This document shows, in pieces, positions 38,258 to 48,499 of a DNA stretch of 64,000 nt. Position 1 is the stretch's first letter. The number at the start of each line of letters is the position of its first letter. Position numbers and translations under genes: made by a program. The stretch lies in NCBI GenBank assembly GCA_964534795.1, contig CAZHQK010000180.1:4395-68394 (forward strand), read 5' to 3'. The notes below the pieces were generated by a model. It saw only the letters and a program-made list of their open reading frames with translations. It was not told the origin of the DNA and searched no databases. Origin of the DNA: an uncultured Acidobacteriota bacterium. GTDB lineage: Bacteria > Acidobacteriota > UBA6911.

Positions 38258-39193
38258 ATGACCGCTGCTCTCTATCTGTTTCTCTACGCGATGATCCTGG
38301 TGTTCGCCGCCGGATGCGCCGTCAGAATCTACCGCTACGCGACCGCCCCGATGCACCTGCGCTGGGAGCTCTATCCCGTCCCCCACGAAGAGCCTCACCG
38401 GGTGCGACACGGCGGGTCCTACTTCGAAGCGCCGGATTGGTGGACGCGTCCCGTCCATTTCAACCTCGCAGGCGAACTCAAGTTCATGATCCCCGAGATG
38501 ATCTTTCTCAAGGGACTCTGGGAGTTCAACCGGCCGATGTGGCGGCGCTCCTTCCCCTTCCACTTCGGACTGTACCTGCTCATCGGTACCGCAGCCCTGG
38601 CGGCGGTGGCGGCGGTGCTCGACCTGATCGCCGCGGGGACTTCGAGCACGGGCCTGGGCTGGGCGATCGCCCGGCTCTATACGGTCACCGGACTCGCCGG
38701 AGCGATCCTGTGCGTCGTCGGAGCTCTGGGCCTGTTGCACCGGCGCCTGACCGACCCGAAACTGCGGCTCTATACAACCCCGGGAGACATATTCAATCTG
38801 GTCTTCTTCGTGGTCGCCGTCGCGCTGCTCTTCGCCGGCTTCGCCTTCGGCGGGCCGGACACTCCCGGGCCGGCTGCGATCGTGCGCGGGCTCGTCCGTT
38901 TCGACACCGGTCTCGAGATCCCGGCCACGCTCGCCGTCGGGCTGGCCCTCGCCGGGCTGCTGATCGCCTACATCCCGATGACGCACATGTCCCACTTTAT
39001 CGCGAAGTGGTTCACCTACCACGAAATCCGCTGGGACGACCAGCCGATCGCGCGCAGCCGCAGGCTGGCGCGCAAGCTCGCCGAGCAGCTCGCCTACCGG
39101 CCCACCTGGGCCGCCGCGCACGTAGGGGCCGACGGCAGCAAGACGTGGGCGGACGTCGCGACCACCAATCCGGCTCAAGGAGCGAAGCGATGA
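38258..39193 (+). CDS. DsrM/HdrE-like (NarI-type) membrane cytochrome b, paralog
   Basis: 311 aa with 5 TM helices and His residues positioned as in DsrM/HmeC. Its stop overlaps the next gene's start (ATGA). Confidence 0.75.
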   Translation: MTAALYLFLYAMILVFAAGCAVRIYRYATAPMHLRWELYPVPHEEPHRVRHGGSYFEAPDWWTRPVHFNLAGELKFMIPEMIFLKGLWEFNRPMWRRSFPFHFGLYLLIGTAALAAVAAVLDLIAAGTSSTGLGWAIARLYTVTGLAGAILCVVGALGLLHRRLTDPKLRLYTTPGDIFNLVFFVVAVALLFAGFAFGGPDTPGPAAIVRGLVRFDTGLEIPATLAVGLALAGLLIAYIPMTHMSHFIAKWFTYHEIRWDDQPIARSRRLARKLAEQLAYRPTWAAAHVGADGSKTWADVATTNPAQGAKR

Positions 39194-40800
39194 AGGACAA
39201 GAAGATCGATCTCAAAGACATGTCCCGGACGGAGCGCGAGCCGCTCGTCCATCTGGAGGACGGCGACCTGATGCCCTTGCCGGTTCCCTCAGCCGATGTG
39301 GTGACGGAACGCCGGTGGACGCCTCTTTCCGAGCAGATCCGGGAAAAGTACGAATGCATCCTCGACGACACCTGCGCGGTGAACGTCCCCCGGCCGCAGT
39401 CCAAGGAAGAGGAAGAGGAGCTGGTGCGCAAGTTTCTGTCCGGACTCGACAAGCTCTTCTCCAAGGAAAACAACTGGACCTTCCTGCTGCCGCTCGTGCT
39501 CACCATGGAGCATTGCGCCAAGTGCCAGACCTGCTCGGAAGCCTGCCATATCTACGAAGCCAGCGGCCGCAACGAGCTTTACCGGCCCACCTTCCGCTCC
39601 GAGATCATGCGCCGGCTTTACTACAAGTACGTCAAGCACGGGGGCCTGCTTTCGGCATGGCAGCACGGCGACATCGAGGTCAACTGGCCCCTGGTCGCCA
39701 GGCTGATCGAACTCTCCTACCGCTGCAATCTCTGCCGGCGCTGCGCGCAGACATGCCCCATCGGGGCCGACAACGGCCTCGTGGCCCATGAGCTCAGGAA
39801 GCTCTTCAGCCAGGAGATGGGGATCGCCGCCAAGGAGATTCACGATTCCGGCTCCATGCTTCAACTCAAGGTGGGCTCCTCCACCGGGATGAATGCCCTG
39901 GTGGTCAAGGACAATATCGAGTTCATCGACGAGGACATGTCGGAAAAGACCGGGATCAAGGTCGAGACCCCGTGGGATGTCGAAGGGGCCGACGTCCTGC
40001 TGATTCACAACGCCGGCGAGATCCTGGCGTGGCCGGAGAACCCCGGTGCCTTCGCCGTCATCCTGAACGCCGCGGGCATCAAATGGACCCTGTCGTCCGA
40101 GCTGGCGGGCTACGATTCGATCAACTACGGCGTGTGGTACGACGACGCCCAGTTCGCGCGCGTGGCGCTCAAGCACGCCGAGGCCGCCAGGAAGCTGAAG
40201 GTCAAGAAGATAGTCCTGGGCGAGTGCGGCCACGCGCACAAGTCGCTCTCGGTCATCGCCGACCGCGTCCTCGACGGCGAGTACAACATACCGCGCGAAA
40301 GCTCCATGACCCTGCTGCACGACATCGTGATGAACGGCCGCATCAAGCTGGATCCCTCGAGGAACGATTTCCCCGTCACGCTCCACGACCCCTGCAATCT
40401 CGTGCGTCTCATGGGCGTCGTCGAGCCGCAGCGCGAGATCCTGCGCAAGATCTGCCCGAAGTTCCGCGAAATGGAACCCCACGGCGTGGACAATTACTGC
40501 TGCGGCGGCGGCAGCGGCTTCGCCATCATGAGCCCCAACAATTTCTCCGACTGGCGCTTCCGCGTCGCGGGTCGGAAGAAAATGGAGCAGATCCTGAACG
40601 CGTTCGCGGACTGCCTCGACCCCTCGATCCCCAAGTACCTGTGCGCTCCCTGCAGCAACTGCAAGGGGCAGTTCCGCGACATGTTGGCCTACTATGACAT
40701 GTGGGAAAAGTATCGCATACTGTACGGCGGCCTGGTGGAGCTGATCGTCAACGCCATGGTCGACGTCAAGCCCGGATTCATCGAATGGGAGTGGCATTGA
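39190..40800 (+). CDS. DsrK/HdrD-like Fe-S protein with two CCG domains, paralog
   Basis: ATG at 39190 (MKDKKIDLKDMS...). It has CAKCQTCSEACH, CNLCRRCAQTCP, LHDPCNLVRLMG and YCCGGGSGF. The track ORF 38110..40800 is an upstream artefact extension. Confidence 0.85.
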   Translation: MKDKKIDLKDMSRTEREPLVHLEDGDLMPLPVPSADVVTERRWTPLSEQIREKYECILDDTCAVNVPRPQSKEEEEELVRKFLSGLDKLFSKENNWTFLLPLVLTMEHCAKCQTCSEACHIYEASGRNELYRPTFRSEIMRRLYYKYVKHGGLLSAWQHGDIEVNWPLVARLIELSYRCNLCRRCAQTCPIGADNGLVAHELRKLFSQEMGIAAKEIHDSGSMLQLKVGSSTGMNALVVKDNIEFIDEDMSEKTGIKVETPWDVEGADVLLIHNAGEILAWPENPGAFAVILNAAGIKWTLSSELAGYDSINYGVWYDDAQFARVALKHAEAARKLKVKKIVLGECGHAHKSLSVIADRVLDGEYNIPRESSMTLLHDIVMNGRIKLDPSRNDFPVTLHDPCNLVRLMGVVEPQREILRKICPKFREMEPHGVDNYCCGGGSGFAIMSPNNFSDWRFRVAGRKKMEQILNAFADCLDPSIPKYLCAPCSNCKGQFRDMLAYYDMWEKYRILYGGLVELIVNAMVDVKPGFIEWEWH

Positions 40801-40886
40801 GCGGCGGGCTTTTTTGCCGTGACCTCGCGGCGCCCGTCGTGGACAATAGACCGGGTTTCGGAGCCCGAACGCGAAGGAGGGGATCC

Positions 40887-41606
40887 ATGAAAGACGAACG
40901 AACAGTGATCTGGGGCCGCCGGAGGTTCCTCGCGGAAAGCGCCGGCGCGGCCGCGGCATTGACCTTTGCCCGGGCGGGAGGCGGAGGCCTGTTCGCGCGC
41001 TCGACGGCCGCTGCAGGCGTCAGCCTGCCCCCGCTGCCCTACGCCCAGGGAGCACTTGCGCCCGTCATTTCGGAGAACACCATATCCTTCCATTACGGCA
41101 AGCACCACCTGGCGTACGTCAACAACACCAACAAGCTGATCGCGGGCACCGATCTGGAAAACGCCCCCCTGGAGGAAATCGTCCGGAAAAGTGCCGGGCG
41201 GCCCGAGCGCAGCGCCTTGTTCAACAACGCCGCTCAGGTTTACAACCACAACTTTTACTGGGACAGCATGTCTCCCGCAGGGGGCGGCGAGCCCAAGGGC
41301 AGGATCGCCGAAATGCTGAGGGAGTCGTTCGGCTCCTACGCGAAGTTCGTCGAGGCCTTTTCCGATGCCGCGGCCACGCAGTTCGGCAGCGGATGGGCCT
41401 GGCTCGTGCAGGAGGGAAGCCGGTTGCGCGTGATCAAGACGGCCAATGCCGACACGCCGATCACCATGGGGCTCCGGCCGCTCGTCACCATCGATGTCTG
41501 GGAGCACGCCTACTATCTCGACTACCAGAATCGGCGGGCGGACTACATACGGGCGTTTGTCGACAAGCTGCTCAACTGGAGCTTCGCCGAGAAAAACCTG
41601 GCGTAG
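40887..41606 (+). CDS. sodB: Fe/Mn superoxide dismutase with a Tat signal peptide (periplasmic)
   Basis: RRRFLAESAGAAAAL Tat motif, then HHxxH..., DVWEHAYY and QFGSGWAWL SOD signatures. A GAAGGAGG RBS is present. Confidence 0.85.
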   Translation: MKDERTVIWGRRRFLAESAGAAAALTFARAGGGGLFARSTAAAGVSLPPLPYAQGALAPVISENTISFHYGKHHLAYVNNTNKLIAGTDLENAPLEEIVRKSAGRPERSALFNNAAQVYNHNFYWDSMSPAGGGEPKGRIAEMLRESFGSYAKFVEAFSDAAATQFGSGWAWLVQEGSRLRVIKTANADTPITMGLRPLVTIDVWEHAYYLDYQNRRADYIRAFVDKLLNWSFAEKNLA

Positions 41607-41756
41607 GCGTTCGGGCCGGGCCGATTCCTCGTGCCGATGCCCGCGCCGCCTTGCAGCCCGCTGCCGGCTGTCGTATAAGATCGGACGCACCCCATGATCG
41701 CCTGCCCGGGCCGCAGGCAACAGCGCGCACGCGGCGCGGGAAGAACAGGAGGAATC

Positions 41757-43112
41757 ATGGACGCGATCACGCTGGCGCGCGTGCAGTTCGCGCTCACGGT
41801 AGGCTTTCATTACATTTTCCCGCCTCTTTCCATCGGACTCGGCCTGATTCTGGTCGTCACCGAAGCCTTCTACCTCAAGACCGGCAGGCCGATGTACCGC
41901 GACCTGACCCGCTTCTGGGCGCGGATCTTCGGCCTCATCTTCGCCATGGGCGTGGCCACCGGCATCGTCATGGAGTTCCAGTTCGGTACCAACTGGGCCG
42001 CTTACTCCCGCTTCGTGGGGGACGTCTTCGGGAGCGCGCTGGCTGCGGAGGGCGTGTTTGCGTTCTTCCTGGAATCGGGCTTCCTTGCCATCATGCTGTT
42101 CGGCTGGGATCGGGTGAGCCCGAAGGTCCATTTTCTCTCCACGGTCATGGTATTCCTGGGCTCCGTGTTCAGCGCCGTCTGGATCGTGGTGGCCAATAGC
42201 TGGCAGCAGACGCCCGCCGGGTACCGCCTCGTCGAAAGCGCCGGCTCTCTGCGGGCGGAAATCACCTCGTTTTGGGACGTGGTGTTCAATCCCTCATCCC
42301 TGGATCGCCTGAGCCACGTGTTGGTCGGTGCTTTCCAGGCCGGAGCCTTCCTGGCGATGAGCGTGGCGGCATACTATCTCCTCAAGAAACGCCATGAAGA
42401 ACCGGCAAAGTTCGCCCTCAAGGTCGGTCTGATCGTGGCCGCAGCGGCCTCGCTGCTGCAGCTCGTCTCCGGACATGCCAGCGCTGTGGGCGTCGCCCGG
42501 AACCAGCCCGCCAAACTTGCCGCTTTCGAGGGCCACTTCGAGGCATCCGCGCCGGCGCCTCAGTACCTGTTCGGCTGGGTGGACGAGCGCGAGCAACGCG
42601 TGCGCGCGTCGATCGCGATCCCCGGCCTGTTGAGCCTGCTCGTCACCGGGGATTCCCGGAAGCCGGTGACGGGCCTGAATGCTTTTGCGCCGGAGGACCG
42701 GCCGCCGGTCAACCCCGTCTTTCAGTCCTACCATCTGATGGTGGGGATCGGTTTCGCGCTCATTGCTCTCAGCCTGGTCGGCCTGCTATTGTGGGCGCGG
42801 GGCACCCTCTTCGAAAGCCGCCGGCTGCTGTGGCTCTATGTTTTTGCGGTCGCGCTGCCCCAGGCGGCCAACCAGCTCGGGTGGTTTTCGGCCGAGGTGG
42901 GACGCCAGCCCTGGATCGTCTACGGGCTGCTGCGGACAAAAGACGGGGTCTCCCGGGTGGTAAGCGCAGGCCAGGCGTTGAGCTCGCTGATCCTTTTCGT
43001 CCTCGTTTATGCGCTGCTATTCGCCCTCTTCATCTACCTCCTGGATCGGAAGATTCGGCAGGGGCCGGCCGAAGAGGGCATGGAGCTGTCGTTCAAAGGA
43101 CCACGCGCATGA
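41757..43112 (+). CDS. cydA: cytochrome bd ubiquinol oxidase subunit I
   Basis: [29 protein letters not shown]..., with a Q-loop and a GRQPW motif. An ACAGGAGGAA RBS is present. Confidence 0.9.
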   Translation: MDAITLARVQFALTVGFHYIFPPLSIGLGLILVVTEAFYLKTGRPMYRDLTRFWARIFGLIFAMGVATGIVMEFQFGTNWAAYSRFVGDVFGSALAAEGVFAFFLESGFLAIMLFGWDRVSPKVHFLSTVMVFLGSVFSAVWIVVANSWQQTPAGYRLVESAGSLRAEITSFWDVVFNPSSLDRLSHVLVGAFQAGAFLAMSVAAYYLLKKRHEEPAKFALKVGLIVAAAASLLQLVSGHASAVGVARNQPAKLAAFEGHFEASAPAPQYLFGWVDEREQRVRASIAIPGLLSLLVTGDSRKPVTGLNAFAPEDRPPVNPVFQSYHLMVGIGFALIALSLVGLLLWARGTLFESRRLLWLYVFAVALPQAANQLGWFSAEVGRQPWIVYGLLRTKDGVSRVVSAGQALSSLILFVLVYALLFALFIYLLDRKIRQGPAEEGMELSFKGPRA

Positions 43113-44131
43113 TCGCCGATCTGAATGTCGTCTGGTTCGTCCTGATAGGCGTGCTTTTTATCGGTTATGCCGTCCTCGACGGTTTCGATCTCGGGGTGGG
43201 AGCGCTCCACCTGCTGGCCAGGACCGACGAGCAAAGGCGCCTGATGCTCAACTCCATCGGCCCGGTCTGGGACGGCAACGAGGTCTGGCTGGTGACGGGC
43301 GGAGGAGCTCTTTTCGCCGCCTTCCCTCATGTGTACGCGACGGTATTCTCCGGCTTCTACACGGCATTCATGCTGCTGCTGCTCATGCTGATTTTCCGGG
43401 CCGTGGCGATCGAGTTCCGCAGCCGGCAGCCGATGCTCTGGTGGCGCCGCACGTGGGATGTCAGTTTCAGTATGGCCAGCATCGGATCGAGTCTTCTGCT
43501 GGGGGTGGCTCTCGGAAACATCGCCTGGGGCGTACCCCTCGGCCCCGACCACGAATTCGCTGGCAGATTCATGGATCTCCTGAACCCGTATGCGCTGCTG
43601 GTCGGCATCACCACGCTCGCCCTCTTCACCATGCACGGCGCCATCTACCTGGCCCTGAAGACAGAAGGCGAGATGCACGAACGGGCGCACGCGTGGGCGC
43701 GCAACGCGATCATCGGCTTCACCATGCTCTATGTCACGACCACGATGGCGACGCTGCTTTACGTTCCGCACATGACCGACACGGTCCGCGAGCACCCGCT
43801 GCTGTTCGGCCTGGCGCTTTTGAACATGCTCGCGATCGCCAACATCCCCAGGGAGATCCATCACGGCCGGGATTGGCGCGCCTTCCTTTCCTCGGCGGCC
43901 GCCATCGCGGCCCTCATCACCCTTTTCGGCGTGGGCATGTTCCCCGAGCTGGTCAGCGCCTCGAACGATCCGGCCAACAGCCTGACGATATACAACGCCG
44001 CCTCCTCTCCCAAGACGCTCGGGATCATGCTGATCATCGCCCTCATCGGCATGCCGCTCGTGCTCGCCTACACGGCCGGTATCCATTGGGTATTCCGCGG
44101 GAAAGTGCGCCTCGACCGCTTCAGCTATTGA
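43109..44131 (+). CDS. cydB: cytochrome bd oxidase subunit II
   Basis: ATGA overlap with cydA. The protein begins [31 protein letters not shown]... and is a hydrophobic 340-aa protein. Confidence 0.85.
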   Translation: MIADLNVVWFVLIGVLFIGYAVLDGFDLGVGALHLLARTDEQRRLMLNSIGPVWDGNEVWLVTGGGALFAAFPHVYATVFSGFYTAFMLLLLMLIFRAVAIEFRSRQPMLWWRRTWDVSFSMASIGSSLLLGVALGNIAWGVPLGPDHEFAGRFMDLLNPYALLVGITTLALFTMHGAIYLALKTEGEMHERAHAWARNAIIGFTMLYVTTTMATLLYVPHMTDTVREHPLLFGLALLNMLAIANIPREIHHGRDWRAFLSSAAAIAALITLFGVGMFPELVSASNDPANSLTIYNAASSPKTLGIMLIIALIGMPLVLAYTAGIHWVFRGKVRLDRFSY

Positions 44132-44170
44132 ACGGCGCGCGCGGCGCACGGAGGGCGGCGCCCGCAACGC

Positions 44171-45355
44171 TCACCGCATGCCGCGGCCCGGCACGGACGC
44201 GCTTGCCGGGGCGTGCGCGGTGGAGACCTCGACGATAGGCACCTGCTCGACTACCGTGATCCCGTAACCTTGCAGGCCGACGATTTTCTTGGGCTGGCTG
44301 GTGAGCAGGCGGATTCTGCGCACTCCGAGCGCGCGCAGGATCTGCGCCCCGATGCCGTAGATCCTGAGGTCCGAGCCGGCGCCTTGGGCGCTCTTCTTTT
44401 CCGCGCACGGCGCATCCGCAGTCTCCCGGCCGCAGGAACGTATCTCGTTGGCAATCCCGATTCCGCGGCCCTCCTGGCGCAGGTAAACCAGGATGCCCGT
44501 GCCGGCCTCGTCGATGGCTTTCAGGGCCGCCTCCAGGCGGCGCCAGCTGGGGCTGTGGTGCGCGCGGAACACGTCGCCGAGCGTCGATTGCGTCTGGACC
44601 CGCACGAGCACGGTTTCCTCCGGGTCGATCTCGCCCCGGATCAGGGCCAGGTGATGCTCGTGATCCAGGGAGTTCTCGAACACCGCAGCGCGGAAATGGC
44701 CGTACCCGGTCCGCAGCTCCGCTTCGGCGACCTTGTGGACGAAGGTTTCGGTGCGCAGCCGGAAAGCGATGATGTCGGCCACGGTCACCATTTTGAGGTC
44801 GTGGGCGCGCGCCAGCTCCTCCAGCTCCGGGCGGCGGGCCATCGTGCCGTCGTCCTTCATGACCTCGCAGATCACGCCCGCCGGATGGAGGCCGGCAAGC
44901 CGGGCCAGGTCCACGGCGGCCTCGGTCTGGCCGGTGCGCTCCAGCACGCCGCCCGGCCGCGCGCGCAGCGGGAAGACATGGCCGGGGCGGACCAGATCCG
45001 AGGGTTGCGCCTGCGGATTGACCGCGGCGAGAATCGTGGTCGCCCGGTCGGCGGCGGAAATGCCCGTGGTCACCCCGTAGCGCGCGTCGATCGAGACGGT
45101 GAAGGCCGTGCCGAATTTGCTCGTGTTCTCCTCGACCATCATGGGAAGCCGGAGCTGCTCGACGCGCTCCGGAGTCAATGCCAGGCAGATCAATCCGCGC
45201 CCGTACTTCGCCATGAAGTTGATGATCTCGGGCGTGACCTTTTCGGCGGCCACCGTGAGGTCGCCTTCGTTCTCCCGATCCTCGTCGTCGAGGACGATGA
45301 CCACCCTGCCCTCGCGGATCTCCGCGACGGCCTCTTCGACACTGCAAAAACTCAC
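44171..45355 (-). CDS. ribBA: bifunctional 3,4-dihydroxy-2-butanone-4-phosphate synthase / GTP cyclohydrolase II
   Basis: GTG at 45353-45355 with AGGAGAGAGG 6 nt upstream. The DHBP domain runs [15 protein letters not shown], and GCH2 has the Cys triad and RGYGITV-like blocks. Confidence 0.9.
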   Translation of the reverse strand: MSFCSVEEAVAEIREGRVVIVLDDEDRENEGDLTVAAEKVTPEIINFMAKYGRGLICLALTPERVEQLRLPMMVEENTSKFGTAFTVSIDARYGVTTGISAADRATTILAAVNPQAQPSDLVRPGHVFPLRARPGGVLERTGQTEAAVDLARLAGLHPAGVICEVMKDDGTMARRPELEELARAHDLKMVTVADIIAFRLRTETFVHKVAEAELRTGYGHFRAAVFENSLDHEHHLALIRGEIDPEETVLVRVQTQSTLGDVFRAHHSPSWRRLEAALKAIDEAGTGILVYLRQEGRGIGIANEIRSCGRETADAPCAEKKSAQGAGSDLRIYGIGAQILRALGVRRIRLLTSQPKKIVGLQGYGITVVEQVPIVEVSTAHAPASASVPGRGMR

Positions 45356-45518
45356 GACCTCTCTCCTCTCTGTCGATCGTCGGCGCGAGCAGAATAGATT
45401 ACCCATGCAATCGTGTCAATGGGCGCCGCCCGCAGCCGAACCTGCCGCAAGCGCCTCCGGCCGGCCTCCCGGCGGCGCTTCTTGCCCGCGCCGCAACCGC
45501 TGGTATATTTATCGCGCT

Positions 45519-46250
45519 ATGATACGAGCGACCGCCGTGTACCTGTTCGTCGCCATCTATGTGCTCCTGCTCGGACCCGTGGGCCTGATCTGGACCGCGC
45601 TCTCGCGCGACCCCGGGTTCAGCTACCGCCTGGCGCGTTGCTGCATCCGTGCCGCCGGCTGGATGGGCGGCATTCGCGTGCGCGTGCGCGGCCGCGAGAA
45701 GGTTCCGGCGGACCGCAACTGTCTCTTCCTCTCGAACCACCAGGGAAACCTGGACGGCCCCATACTCTTTTATGCCACGGGCCGCGACGTCCGGGCACTG
45801 GTCAAGCAGGAGATGATGCGCATCCCGCTGTTGTCGGCGGTTTTGCGGCAGGTGCACTTCGTGCCGATCGACCGGCGCGACCCGGTGCGGGCGCGCGCCG
45901 CCATCGACCGTGCGGCCGAACGGCTGCGCGGCGGCCTTCCCTTCATCGCCTTTCCCGAGGGTACGCGCAGCCGCGACGGCAGGCTCGGGCCCTTCAAGAA
46001 GGGCGTGTTCGTCATGGCCATCCGGGCGCAGGTTCCCGTGGTTCCGGTGACCATCAACCACAGCCGCGCCGTCCAGCCTCCGGGCTCCTACGCGATCAGG
46101 CCCGGGGTCGTAGACCTCCTGTTCCACGACCCCATTCCGACGGAGGGTATGACGGAGGCGGATCGGGACGAGCTGGCGCAGCGGACGCGCGCCGCCATAG
46201 CCTCGGCGCTCAGCGAGCCTGCGGCGGATTCTCGAGCTTGCGCCCCTTGA
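45519..46250 (+). CDS. plsC: 1-acyl-sn-glycerol-3-phosphate acyltransferase
   Basis: NHQGNLD (HxxxxD) and FPEGTRS motifs, with an N-terminal TM segment. Confidence 0.75.
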   Translation: MIRATAVYLFVAIYVLLLGPVGLIWTALSRDPGFSYRLARCCIRAAGWMGGIRVRVRGREKVPADRNCLFLSNHQGNLDGPILFYATGRDVRALVKQEMMRIPLLSAVLRQVHFVPIDRRDPVRARAAIDRAAERLRGGLPFIAFPEGTRSRDGRLGPFKKGVFVMAIRAQVPVVPVTINHSRAVQPPGSYAIRPGVVDLLFHDPIPTEGMTEADRDELAQRTRAAIASALSEPAADSRACAP

Positions 46251-46857
46251 TCCAGCGCAGGGTGTTCGCCTTGTCCGTGGTGATGCTCACCAGCGATTGC
46301 ACGAAGCCGCGCACGGCCAGCTTCACCAAGAGGGGATTGTCCGGGGCGTCCAGAAACCAGCGCTCGCAGCCCCGATCGTCGACCGTCCTGACCACCGGCA
46401 GGTCCACCGGCGAGCGGTTGACCTGCACGCTGATGCGCTCGGCGCCCGTAACCGTCACCCAGCCGGGAATCGAATCCAGGGATACCTTCACTTTGCCGCG
46501 GCTTTTCAGCTCCCGGAAAAGCCGCTCGCTGAGCCACAGGATGGTTGCATTCTTCCCCGTCGTGTCCGATCCGCCCTGGAAGAGGCTGCCGTGCACGAAG
46601 ACCTTCGCCTCGCGCACGGCCTTCGCAGGCATGTAGACCGTGCCCTGCGTCGTGCGGTTCTCCCACTCGATGTAGCGGTCGGGCAGAAACCTGGCGATGC
46701 GCACGACGAGCTCGCTGTTCTCTTCCTGATGCCGGCTTTCCCATACCAGGACCGTATCCCGGCCGAACCTGGGGAGTGCATCCTCGGAAAAGCCGTGCGC
46801 CATGGCCACTCGAAGGGCCAGGAAAGCAGCGAAACCGATATGAGCCAGGGCGGTCAT
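46210..46857 (-). CDS. hypothetical secreted protein
   Basis: ATG at 46855-46857 with a GGAGGAGGG RBS and a signal peptide ([22 protein letters not shown]). I recognise no domain. Confidence 0.4.
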   Translation of the reverse strand: MTALAHIGFAAFLALRVAMAHGFSEDALPRFGRDTVLVWESRHQEENSELVVRIARFLPDRYIEWENRTTQGTVYMPAKAVREAKVFVHGSLFQGGSDTTGKNATILWLSERLFRELKSRGKVKVSLDSIPGWVTVTGAERISVQVNRSPVDLPVVRTVDDRGCERWFLDAPDNPLLVKLAVRGFVQSLVSITTDKANTLRWIKGRKLENPPQAR

Positions 46858-46861
46858 CGTA

Positions 46862-47509
46862 TCAGGAACCCTCCTCCCACAGCGATTCCATGAGCGGCCG
46901 CACCGGCCTGCCGCCCGCAAGCCCGAGCTGGAAAAAGCGCTCGAAGTACTTTGCCAGCAGGTCCGCTTCCAGGTTCACCGGATCGCCGACCCTCATATGC
47001 TGCAGGTTCGTCCCTTTCCAGGTGTAGGGTATCACCGCCACCCGGAAAGACCGCCGCCCGAGTGCGGCGACCGTAAGGCTGATGCCATCCACTGCGATCG
47101 ACCCCTTGGGAACCAGATATCGCTCGAGCTCGTGCGGGAAGGAGAATTCCATGACACCTCCCCCTCCGCTCGGCGCCGATGACACCAGGGCCCCCATGCC
47201 GTCGACGTGACCCTGGACGATGTGCCCGCCGAAGCGTGCTCCCGCGAGAAGCGCCCTTTCCAAATTCACGTACGTCCCCTCCCGGGCCAGCCCCAGGCTG
47301 CTGCGCGCCAGAGTCTCGCCCGAAAGATCGCACGAAAAGAGCTCTCCCCGTCGCCCGGTCACCGTCAGGCATACGCCGTTGACCGCCACCGAATCCCCCG
47401 GGTTCAGGGCGGGCGCAAGCTGCGGGGCGCTGATCTCGAGAACCGCCCCCTGCCGCTCCCTGCGCAGAGAACGGACGCGGCCGATTTCTTCTATGATCCC
47501 CGTAAACAA
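46862..47509 (-). CDS. ribE: riboflavin synthase (alpha subunit)
   Basis: TTG start with a GGGAGG RBS gives MFTGIIEEIG..., the canonical riboflavin synthase N-terminus. Both lumazine-binding repeats are present. Confidence 0.8.
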   Translation of the reverse strand: MFTGIIEEIGRVRSLRRERQGAVLEISAPQLAPALNPGDSVAVNGVCLTVTGRRGELFSCDLSGETLARSSLGLAREGTYVNLERALLAGARFGGHIVQGHVDGMGALVSSAPSGGGGVMEFSFPHELERYLVPKGSIAVDGISLTVAALGRRSFRVAVIPYTWKGTNLQHMRVGDPVNLEADLLAKYFERFFQLGLAGGRPVRPLMESLWEEGS

Positions 47510-47510
47510 C

Positions 47511-48332
47511 TCAGCCTCCCTGCGGATCCGGCGCGTCGCCGGCTGCAGGCTCACGGTGCCGCTCGCCCCGGTCGGCGCGCCCGCGGCGCTCTCCGCCCTG
47601 TGGAGCCTTCCGCCTCGACAGCCGGTAGATCTCGGCGACTTCTTCCGGGCTCAGCGGCCGATAGCTGCCCGGCGCCAGCCCCCGGTCGGTCAAGAACCCG
47701 ATCCGCTTCCGGCGCAGCTTGACCACCGGATGGCCGACGGCCTCGAACATCCTGCGAATCTCCCGGTTCTTGCCCTCGGTCAACGTCACTTCGAGCCAGG
47801 TGTTGGCCCCGCCGCGCAGTAGCTTCAGGCGGGCCGCCGCCGCCTGCGTGCCGTCGGCCAGGCGCACACCCGCGCGCACGCGCTCCAGGTCATGTCCGTC
47901 CGGCACACCCCGCACCTTGACATGATAGACGCGCGGGAAGCGTTCGCCCCCGTCACCCACGATCCTGGCGAGTTCGCCGTCGTTGGTGAGCAGAATCAGA
48001 CCCTCGCTCTGGCAATCCAGGCGCCCGACGTGAAAGATTCTGCCCCCGGCCCTGACCAGGTCCCGGACCGTCGTGCGGCCGCGCGGGTCGCTCACGGCGG
48101 AAATCACCCCCCTGGGCTTGTTCAGCAGCAGGTATACCTTGGGCCCCGGCGGCCGGATGCGGCGGCCGTCGACCTTGATGTGATCCCGCTCGGGATCGGC
48201 CTTCACGCCCAGTTCCGTCACCACCCGGCCGTTGAGCGAGACGCGTCCCTGCCGGATATACGACTCGCACTTGCGCCTCGATGCGATGCCGGCGGCAGCC
48301 AGTATTTTCTGCAGACGTTCGGTTGGCGCCAT
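47511..48332 (-). CDS. rluB: rRNA pseudouridine synthase (RluB/RsuA family) with an S4 domain
   Basis: An N-terminal S4 domain (RLQKILAAAGIASRRKCESYIRQGRVSLNG), the catalytic GRLDxxSEGLLLLTNDG, and a basic C-terminal tail. Confidence 0.8.
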   Translation of the reverse strand: MAPTERLQKILAAAGIASRRKCESYIRQGRVSLNGRVVTELGVKADPERDHIKVDGRRIRPPGPKVYLLLNKPRGVISAVSDPRGRTTVRDLVRAGGRIFHVGRLDCQSEGLILLTNDGELARIVGDGGERFPRVYHVKVRGVPDGHDLERVRAGVRLADGTQAAAARLKLLRGGANTWLEVTLTEGKNREIRRMFEAVGHPVVKLRRKRIGFLTDRGLAPGSYRPLSPEEVAEIYRLSRRKAPQGGERRGRADRGERHREPAAGDAPDPQGG

Positions 48333-48345
48333 AACAGCTTTCAGC

Positions 48346-48499
48346 GGTCAGCGTTCAGCAATCAGCTTTCGCCGACATGAGGGCGGAGGCCGGCAGCCGA
48401 TGACGGAAAGCTGAGAGCCGAGAGCTCCAAGCAGCAGCCATCATGCTCCATCCTTGCCGACGTCCCGGCCGAAACAGACAAATGTTCACCGCCATGGAT
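48346..48499. repeat. intergenic repeat element, copy 2 (scpB 3' end to rluB start)
   Basis: See 16268..16414. In both copies the six-frame track even produces an ORF starting MLHPCR..RNRQ.FTA from this element. Confidence 0.6.

Noticed and set aside
40801-40886. T6 run (gggcttttttgcc) after the hdrD-like gene as a terminator
   Set aside because: No convincing preceding GC stem.
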